Below are positions 49,138 to 55,805 of a stretch of DNA of 55,805 bases, in pieces. Below the pieces are notes generated by a model. The model was not told where the DNA came from. It saw only the letters and a list, made by a program, of their open reading frames with translations, and searched no databases. The stretch spans positions 1 through 55,805 of the forward strand of contig JAADDJ010000014.1 in NCBI GenBank assembly GCA_013153965.1, read 5' to 3'. This stretch comes from Thermotogota bacterium (lineage in GTDB: Bacteria; Hydrothermota; Hydrothermia; LBFQ01). The first letter of the stretch is position 1; each line of letters begins with the position of its first letter. A program made the position numbers and the translations under genes.

Positions 49138-50337
49138 ATGGCGAAGAAGGTGATACTCTCGGGTATGCGTCCGACCGGACGCATGCACGTTGGGCATCTG
49201 GCCGGTGTCCTGACCAACTGGGTGCGGCTTCAGGACGAGTACGAGTGCTACTACGAGATAGCCGACTGGCACGCCCTGACCGATGATCCGAAGAAGGCCA
49301 AGGAGGTTGAGGCCAACGTGATGGGCATGGTCAGGGATTGGTTGGCCGTCGGCATAGACCCGAGGAAGGCCGTAATATTCCGCCAATCCTACGTCCCGGA
49401 GCACGCCGAGCTCCACCTGCTCTTCTCCATGCTGGTATCCGTCCCCCGACTGCTGCGCAACCCCACCTTCAAGGAGAAGTTGGCTGAGCTCCGCAAGAGG
49501 AAGGGATACACCAAGATGGTGCTGAAGGTTGATAGGTTGAGCGTGGAGGATGAGCTGGAGCAGATTCTACGGTTCATCCGGGAGGAGGACGAGCGGAAGG
49601 CCCTGAGGATGCTCCAGAGCGTCCTCAACCGCGTCAGGGATGAGGTCCTTGAGAGGATAACGACGGAGGTCGCCCTTGACGAGGCGGCCATACCCGCGGA
49701 GGTCTCCTACGGCCTCTTGGGGTATCCGGTCCTTCAGGCCGCCGACATACTCCTGTACAAGGGGGAGGTCGTCCCCGTGGGGGCGGATCAGCTGCCCCAT
49801 CTTGAGCTCACGAGGGAGATAGCGAGGGACTTCAATCGCACGTACGCTCCCATCTTCCCCATCCCCGAGCCTCTCCTGACGGAGACCCCGAAGATTCTGG
49901 GGACGGACGGCCGGAAGATGTCCAAATCCTACGGCAACGCCATATTCCTAAGCGACCCTCCGGAGGTGATTGAGAGGAAGGTGCGCTCCAGCATAACGGA
50001 CCCCATGAAGGTGCGACGGAACGACCCCGGTCGTCCCGAGGTGTGCCCCATATTCCACATGCACAAGGTCTTCAACGCCGAGGAGGCTCCCCAGATAGAG
50101 GAGGACTGCAGGGCCGGAAAGTTGGGCTGCGTCGCCTGCAAGGGGCGGCTCGCCCGCGTCCTCATAGAGCGCCTCACCCCCATAAGGGAGAGGGCGGAAT
50201 CCTTCACGGATGAGGAGATTCTGGATGTGATACGGGAGGGGTCGGCGAGGGCGAAGGAGGTGGCCGAGCGCACGATGGGGGAGGTAAGGGAGGCCGTCTT
50301 CGGTCGTGAAGGTATCGGTAGTCATACCGACTCTTAA
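49138..50337 (+). CDS. trpS: Tryptophan--tRNA ligase with internal insertion
   Basis: SGMRPTGRMHVGH, YPVLQAADIL, VPVGADQ, KMSKS. Start moved to ATG 49138. Confidence 0.95.
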   Translation: MAKKVILSGMRPTGRMHVGHLAGVLTNWVRLQDEYECYYEIADWHALTDDPKKAKEVEANVMGMVRDWLAVGIDPRKAVIFRQSYVPEHAELHLLFSMLVSVPRLLRNPTFKEKLAELRKRKGYTKMVLKVDRLSVEDELEQILRFIREEDERKALRMLQSVLNRVRDEVLERITTEVALDEAAIPAEVSYGLLGYPVLQAADILLYKGEVVPVGADQLPHLELTREIARDFNRTYAPIFPIPEPLLTETPKILGTDGRKMSKSYGNAIFLSDPPEVIERKVRSSITDPMKVRRNDPGRPEVCPIFHMHKVFNAEEAPQIEEDCRAGKLGCVACKGRLARVLIERLTPIRERAESFTDEEILDVIREGSARAKEVAERTMGEVREAVFGREGIGSHTDS

Positions 50338-51205
50338 CGCCGGCGAACGGCTTGAGCGCCTCTTAAAGTCCCTGCGATCGCAGACGGTTGATACGGAGAT
50401 AATAGTCATAGACTCCTCGTCGGACGATGGGACGCCGGCTCTGGCCTCCCGGATGGCCGACGTCCTGCTGGTCGTCGCTCGGGAGGAGTTCAATCACGGT
50501 CTTACCAGAAATCTCGGCCTTAGGGCGGCGTCGTCGGATGTGGTGGTCTTCATGTCGCAGGATGCCCTCCCCGAGAATAGCAGAACGTTGGAGGTCCTGA
50601 CCGAGCCCATATTCGCCGGGGATGTGGTTATGGCCTACGCCCGACACATACCCCCTCCCGGGACGAAGCCTCCGGAGGTCTTCTTCCGCCACTTCAGCTA
50701 TCCCCCCGAGTCGGAGGTGCGGGACGCCTCCATGCTCCCCAAGTACGGACTTAGGGTCTTCGCGAACTCCAACGTCTGCGCCGCCTACTTGAGGGAGAAG
50801 CTCCTTGAGGTGGGGGGATTCCCGCGGGTGATACTCTCGGAGGATCTCTACGTGGCGGCCAAGCTGATACTGGCCGGCTACCGCACCATGTACAACGCCG
50901 AGGCCCGAGTGATCCACGCCCACGACTTCAACCCTCTCCAGATATTCCGCCGATACTTCTCGGTCGGCGTATTCTACGCGGAGAACCGTTGGCTCCGCAG
51001 GTACGGGGGGCGCGGGGACACGCTCCGATTCGTCCTTCGGGAGTTGGAGTTTCTGGCGGAGAATCATCCCCTGTGGATACCCTACGCTCTGGCGGAGAAT
51101 GCCATGAGGATCCTCGGGCTCATCTTAGGGTACAACCACCGTCTCCTCCCCAAGTTCCTCCTGCCGCTCCTGAGCGGCTACAGGTACTATTGGGTTCGGG
51201 GATAA
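50306..51205 (+). CDS. Glycosyltransferase family 2 (rhamnosyltransferase-like)
   Basis: IPTLNAG, IDSSSDDGT, FNHGLTRN, SQDA. Confidence 0.88.
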   Translation: MKVSVVIPTLNAGERLERLLKSLRSQTVDTEIIVIDSSSDDGTPALASRMADVLLVVAREEFNHGLTRNLGLRAASSDVVVFMSQDALPENSRTLEVLTEPIFAGDVVMAYARHIPPPGTKPPEVFFRHFSYPPESEVRDASMLPKYGLRVFANSNVCAAYLREKLLEVGGFPRVILSEDLYVAAKLILAGYRTMYNAEARVIHAHDFNPLQIFRRYFSVGVFYAENRWLRRYGGRGDTLRFVLRELEFLAENHPLWIPYALAENAMRILGLILGYNHRLLPKFLLPLLSGYRYYWVRG

Positions 51206-51214
51206 AATACGTCC

Positions 51215-52747
51215 ATGTACGCCAAAACATTCTCGGCCATCCATTGGGGCATAGAGGGAATAAAGGTTGAGGTTGAGGTAGATTACGCTAAGGGTATTCC
51301 CAAATTCGTCATAGTTGGGCTTCCCGACGCCGAGGTCAAGGAGAGTAAGGAGCGAATACACTCGGCCATAAAGAATTCGGGCTTCCCCTTCCCTCCCGGG
51401 AGGATCAGGGTCAATCTGGCGCCGGCGGACGTAAAGAAGGAGGGGGCCCTTCTGGACCTGCCGATAGCCTTGAGCGTACTGGCCGCCTTCGGATACATCC
51501 CGGCCGAGAGGCTGAAGGAGTTCATGTTCCTCGGGGAGCTGGCTCTGGATGGAAGTTTGAGGAAGGTCTCCGGAGTGCTTCCAGCCGCCATCCTCGCGGC
51601 CAGGGAGGGACTGAAGCTAGTCGTACCCTCGGAGAACGCGTACGAGGGAGCCGTCATAAGGGACGCGGAGGTCTATGGGGTCTCCAGCCTCAGGGAGGCG
51701 GCCGACTTCGTCATGGGTAAGTTGAGCCTCAAGAGGGCAGAGTACGCTCCGAGGGAGGAGGGTCCCCTCTACGACGTGGATATGGCCGACATAAGGGGGA
51801 TGGACTACGCCAAGAGGGCGGCGGAGGTCGCCGCGGCCGGTGCCCACAACATGCTTCTGGTGGGTCCTCCCGGCTCCGGCAAGACCATGCTGGCCCGCCG
51901 GATACCCACCATCCTCCCTCCCATGAATGAGGAGGAGGCCATAGAGACGACCAAGATATACTCCGTCGCAGGCCTCCTGCCCTCCGGCGTCGGGCTGATA
52001 CGTACCCGCCCCTTCCGGGCCCCCCACCATACGGTCTCCGACGTCGCCCTCATAGGTGGCGGAAGCGTGCCGAGGCCGGGGGAGGTGTCGTTGGCCCACA
52101 ACGGCGTGCTCTTTTTGGACGAGCTTCCGGAGTTCAACCGGCAGGCCCTTGAGGCCCTGAGGCAACCCATGGAGGATGGGAAGGTGGTCATAAGCAGAGC
52201 GAGGGGGTCCGCCACATTCCCGGCCCGCTTCATGCTGGTGGCCGCCATGAATCCGTGCCCCTGCGGGCACTATGGGGACAAGAGACACACCTGCACATGC
52301 ACCCTCTCGGCCATAAAGCGGTACCAGGGGAAGGTCTCCGGTCCCCTTCTGGACCGCATAGACATCTTCGTGAGCGTTCAGCCCCTTGAGTACGACGAAT
52401 TCAGGGGTCCCCCCTCCGAGCCGTCGTCCAAAATTCGCGAGAGGGTGATGGCCGCCCGGGAGAGGCAGGAGCACCGTTTCCGGGACTATCCCGGCATACA
52501 CACGAACAGCCAGATGACTCCGCAGCTGATAGAGAGATTCTGCAGGCTGGATGGGACCTCCGAGGAGCTCCTGAAGATGGCGGCGGACCGCATGGGCATA
52601 TCCGCCAGGGGAATAACGAGGATCCTCAAGTTGGCCCGGACCATAGCAGACCTTGAGGGCAGCGAAGATATCCTCACCCATCACGTCGCCGAAGCCATAC
52701 AGTACAGGCAGAATGTGGGAGATTACTGGGTGGTGTCGTTGGTATGA
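51215..52747 (+). CDS. comM: YifB/ComM Mg-chelatase-like AAA ATPase
   Basis: VNLAPAD, GELALDG, GPPGSGKTML, FRAPHH, LDELPEF, NPCPCG, GPLLDRID. Confidence 0.93.
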   Translation: MYAKTFSAIHWGIEGIKVEVEVDYAKGIPKFVIVGLPDAEVKESKERIHSAIKNSGFPFPPGRIRVNLAPADVKKEGALLDLPIALSVLAAFGYIPAERLKEFMFLGELALDGSLRKVSGVLPAAILAAREGLKLVVPSENAYEGAVIRDAEVYGVSSLREAADFVMGKLSLKRAEYAPREEGPLYDVDMADIRGMDYAKRAAEVAAAGAHNMLLVGPPGSGKTMLARRIPTILPPMNEEEAIETTKIYSVAGLLPSGVGLIRTRPFRAPHHTVSDVALIGGGSVPRPGEVSLAHNGVLFLDELPEFNRQALEALRQPMEDGKVVISRARGSATFPARFMLVAAMNPCPCGHYGDKRHTCTCTLSAIKRYQGKVSGPLLDRIDIFVSVQPLEYDEFRGPPSEPSSKIRERVMAARERQEHRFRDYPGIHTNSQMTPQLIERFCRLDGTSEELLKMAADRMGISARGITRILKLARTIADLEGSEDILTHHVAEAIQYRQNVGDYWVVSLV

Positions 52748-53772
52748 TATCGGCCATAGTACCCATGCGCAACGAGGAGGAGAACGCCGAGGAGTGCCTC
52801 CTATCCCTAAAGCGAGCCCTTGAGGAGAGTGGTGAGGATTGGGAGATAATCGTCGTAGATGACGCCTCCCACGATTCCACATCGTCCATAGTCCGATCCC
52901 TCGGATTCGCCAAGCTCCTGCGGATTGACATGGACGAGAAGCCTCCGGAAGCCGTGGGTAAGAACTACGCCCTCCTCAAGGGATACGCCGAGAGTAGGGG
53001 CGACGTGCTCCTATTTATGGACGCGGACGTTCGGCTCTCGCCCTACAGTCTGCGCAGACTCCTGCGGAGGTTCTCCGACGTGGATATGCTGTCGGTCAGT
53101 CCGGAGCAGATGTACGGCTCACCGTGGGAGGCTTCGCTCCAGCCGATGATCTTCAAGCTTCTGGGGGAGCTGTATCCTCCCGAGAAGGTGGCATCTCCCG
53201 ACTCCCGAATCGCCGCCGCCAACGGTCAGTTCATCCTGATAAGACGGGAGGCCTACGAGGCCGTCGGAACCCACAGGGCCATCTTGGGAGAGGTTTTGGA
53301 GGATGTGAGGCTGGCGGAGATGCTCAAGCGGAAGGGGTTCAGAATCCTCCTTCTGCACGGCAGGAGGTTCGGAGTCAAGGCCCGCATGTACAGGAGTCTG
53401 GATGGGATGGTTGAAGGATGGGCGAAGAATCTGATGCTTCTCCTGCGGGGGAACGTGCGTCTCGGTCTGTGGTACGGCCTATGGAACCTGTTTGAGAGCT
53501 TGGCCGGCTGGTCCCTCACCCTCTCCTTCGCCGCGTTCGGCGACTACGCAATGGCAATGGGGACCTTCCTACTGGCCAATCTGTACTTCGCCTACCGGTT
53601 CAAGAGCCACCATCCCTTCTATACGCTCGTCCATTCAACCGTCGGCTCCGCCCTCTTCCTCTACGTGCTGCATCTCTCGTACCGTTGGTACAGGAGGGGG
53701 TGGGTGATGTGGAGGGGTAGGCGCTACTCTCTGGATAGGGCCTCCCTCAAGCGGCGAAGCACCTCCTCGTAG
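52744..53772 (+). CDS. Glycosyltransferase family 2 (CrtQ/HpnB-like, C-terminal TMs)
   Basis: VPMRNEE, VDDAS, GKNYAL, DADV, ANGQFIL, LEDV, RMY..GWAKN. Confidence 0.85.
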   Translation: MISAIVPMRNEEENAEECLLSLKRALEESGEDWEIIVVDDASHDSTSSIVRSLGFAKLLRIDMDEKPPEAVGKNYALLKGYAESRGDVLLFMDADVRLSPYSLRRLLRRFSDVDMLSVSPEQMYGSPWEASLQPMIFKLLGELYPPEKVASPDSRIAAANGQFILIRREAYEAVGTHRAILGEVLEDVRLAEMLKRKGFRILLLHGRRFGVKARMYRSLDGMVEGWAKNLMLLLRGNVRLGLWYGLWNLFESLAGWSLTLSFAAFGDYAMAMGTFLLANLYFAYRFKSHHPFYTLVHSTVGSALFLYVLHLSYRWYRRGWVMWRGRRYSLDRASLKRRSTSS

Positions 53773-54428
53773 GTCTTCACCACATCCCCCGTCCCCTTTC
53801 GGAAGACGTCCTTGTCCAGACTGCGGCCCTCCGAGTCCCATATCCTGCAGGTGTCCGGGCTTATCTCGTCGGCCAGAAGGAGATTCCCCTCGTCGTCGTA
53901 TCCGAACTCGTACTTTATATCCACCAGGCGAAGCCCCGCACGGGAGAAGAGCTCCTTTAGGAGCTCCGTACTCCTCAGGGCTATGTCCCTCATCCTCTCC
54001 AGCTCCTCCCGGCTCGCCCATCCGAAGTAGGTGATATGGCCCTCGCAGACGAGGGGATCGCCGAGGGCGTCGTCCTTGTAGAAGTACTCAACGAGGGGAG
54101 GGGAGAACTCCCTACCCTTCTCCACACCCAGACGCTTCACGATGCTCCCGGTGGCCACGTTTCGGACCACCAGCTCCACCGGCAGTATGCGCACCCTCTT
54201 GGCGTAGAATCCCCCCTCTCCGGGCTCCAGATAGTGGGTGGGTATGCCCCTGCTCTTCAGATACTCAAACAGGAGGCGCGATATCTCGTAGGTTATCCTG
54301 CCCTTGCCCTCGGGGGAGGCCTTCTTCTCGGCGTTGAAGGCCGTAATGTCGTCCTTGAACTCAACGAAGACCCTGCCATCTCCCACGTCGTATATACGCT
54401 TGGACTTGCCTTCGTACAGTAGCCGCAT
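53724..54428 (-). CDS. purC: SAICAR synthase
   Basis: LYEGKSK, FKDDITAF, RNVATGS, DIKYEFG, ADEISPDTCRIWD, DKDVFR. Confidence 0.96.
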   Translation of the reverse strand: MRLLYEGKSKRIYDVGDGRVFVEFKDDITAFNAEKKASPEGKGRITYEISRLLFEYLKSRGIPTHYLEPGEGGFYAKRVRILPVELVVRNVATGSIVKRLGVEKGREFSPPLVEYFYKDDALGDPLVCEGHITYFGWASREELERMRDIALRSTELLKELFSRAGLRLVDIKYEFGYDDEGNLLLADEISPDTCRIWDSEGRSLDKDVFRKGTGDVVKTYEEVLRRLREALSRE

Positions 54429-54490
54429 AGGCTATTATAGACGCGTCGGATGTGAGGGCGATTCCCGCCTTTCGGCGGTAGAATGGGGGC

Positions 54491-55549
54491 TTGAGGATAA
54501 TTCTCGTAGCGGGAGCCAGACCGAACTTCGTCAAGCTGTCGCCGCTCTATTACGCCCTGAAGTCCCGGGGCATCGGGCCGGTGGTCATCCATACGGGGCA
54601 GCATTACGACTACGAGCTTTCGCAGGCCTTCTTTGAGGATTTCAACTTGCCCGAGCCGGACCACTACTTCGGCGTGGGCTCCGACACTAACCTTAGGCAG
54701 ATTTCTAAAATTATAGCCAAGGCGGAGGATGTGCTGAGGGCTCTGAATCCCGACGTGGTGGTGGTCTTCGGGGATGTGAATTCCACCCTCGCCCTGGCCG
54801 TGGCGTCCAAGCACCTGCACCTCAAGCTGGCTCACGTTGAGGCGGGACTCCGCAGCCGGGACTGGAGTATGCCGGAGGAGATAAACCGTATAACGACCGA
54901 CGCCCTGTCGGACCTCCTCTTCTCCCCATCCTACGACGCCACCGAGAATCTCCTCGCGGAGGGGAAGCCTCCCGAGAGCATCTTTACCGTGGGCAACATA
55001 ATGATAGACAGCCTGATGAGGGTACGCCCCCGGGCCGAGAGTCTAAGGTATTGGGAGAATCTGGGCTTGAGGGAGAGGGGATACATCCTCGCGACCCTCC
55101 ATCGTCCCGTGAATGTAGATGATCCCGAGAGGCTCGGGAGGATACTGAAGGTTCTGGATAGGATAAACGAGAGGTACCCGGTGGTCCTTCCCATGCATCC
55201 GCGCACGAGGAAGAACGTGGAGAGGTGGAATCTGAGAACCTCCGTAAGGGTGATAAAGCCCCTGCGCTACACCCACTTTCTATCTCTCATGCTGGGAAGC
55301 GGCCTCGTGATAACGGATTCGGGAGGGGTTCAGGAGGAGACCTCCTTCCTCGGAATACCTTGCATAACCCTAAGACCGAATACGGAGCGGCCTATCACCT
55401 TGGAGTTGGGGACGAATGTCCTCCTCAAGGAGCCGGAGGGCCTGCCGGAGTTGGTGGAGGAGAGATTCGGCAGGATAACGGAGACTTCCATTCCCCTCTG
55501 GGACGGACGGACGGCGGAGAGGATAGCCAGAATTCTGCTAAACCCCTAA
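54491..55549 (+). CDS. wecB: UDP-N-acetylglucosamine 2-epimerase (non-hydrolysing)
   Basis: GARPNFVK, HTGQHYD, HVEAGLRS, PEEINR, TDSGGVQEE, TERP. Confidence 0.95.
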   Translation: MRIILVAGARPNFVKLSPLYYALKSRGIGPVVIHTGQHYDYELSQAFFEDFNLPEPDHYFGVGSDTNLRQISKIIAKAEDVLRALNPDVVVVFGDVNSTLALAVASKHLHLKLAHVEAGLRSRDWSMPEEINRITTDALSDLLFSPSYDATENLLAEGKPPESIFTVGNIMIDSLMRVRPRAESLRYWENLGLRERGYILATLHRPVNVDDPERLGRILKVLDRINERYPVVLPMHPRTRKNVERWNLRTSVRVIKPLRYTHFLSLMLGSGLVITDSGGVQEETSFLGIPCITLRPNTERPITLELGTNVLLKEPEGLPELVEERFGRITETSIPLWDGRTAERIARILLNP

Positions 55550-55805
55550 GACTCTCCTATACACCTTCAGATGCTCCTCGGTGAATCTCCCCCTGTCGGA
55601 GAAGGTGCGGGCGTGGGCTATGAGTCGCTCCGGGGGTATGGGGGAATTTAGGGCCCGCTCTATCCCCTCGGCCACGGAGTCGCCCCTTAGATGGACCCTG
55701 TAGGACAGGTCGGGGGGAGCCGCCTCCTCCGGTATCTCCGACGAGACCACGACGGTCGTACCGCAAGCCATGGCCTCCACCACGACTATGCCGAAGGTTT
55801 CGCTC
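55538..55805 (-). CDS. Glycosyltransferase family 4, C-terminal fragment (starts beyond window)
   Basis: SETFGIVVVEAMACG; the frame is open to the window edge. Confidence 0.85.
   Translation of the reverse strand, partial: SETFGIVVVEAMACGTTVVVSSEIPEEAAPPDLSYRVHLRGDSVAEGIERALNSPIPPERLIAHARTFSDRGRFTEEHLKVYRRVLGV

Noticed and set aside
49490-49700. Intein or intron in trpS
   Set aside because: No Cys/Ser start with His-Asn end, too short, and in frame with normal codon usage.

Overview
Gene-dense, GC-rich (~60%) bacterial core-genome window with about 60 CDS and three tRNAs. The gene content suggests a thermophilic diderm: ba3-type oxidase, archaeal-type peroxiredoxin, inositol-3-phosphate synthase, outer-membrane barrels and a T9SS-like C-terminal tail. 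An FCB-superphylum lineage such as WOR-3/Hydrothermae is my inference only. Housekeeping content includes recG, clpC, ispH, murF, coaD, radA, ribH, gcvPB, tsaE, purD, purC, ruvCA, speD, the rpmJ-rpsMKD-rpoA-rplQ block, trpS, comM, wecB and several glycosyltransferases. Features missing from the ORF track are the N-terminus of a probable type I-B Cas8b1/Cst1 at the left edge, oxidase subunit IIa, rpmJ and the tRNAs. The most unusual signals are window-wide. (1) About 30 genes have a TA(T/G/A)AAT box 5-11 nt before the start codon and no Shine-Dalgarno, i.e. near-leaderless expression, often with the box built from the upstream gene's stop codon. (2) The RNA polymerase alpha-CTD has lost its basic DNA-contact residues. 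(3) Predicted exported and outer-membrane proteins start with ultra-short hydrophobic N-termini lacking a basic n-region. (4) TCGA is almost absent. No CRISPR array or mobile element was seen.
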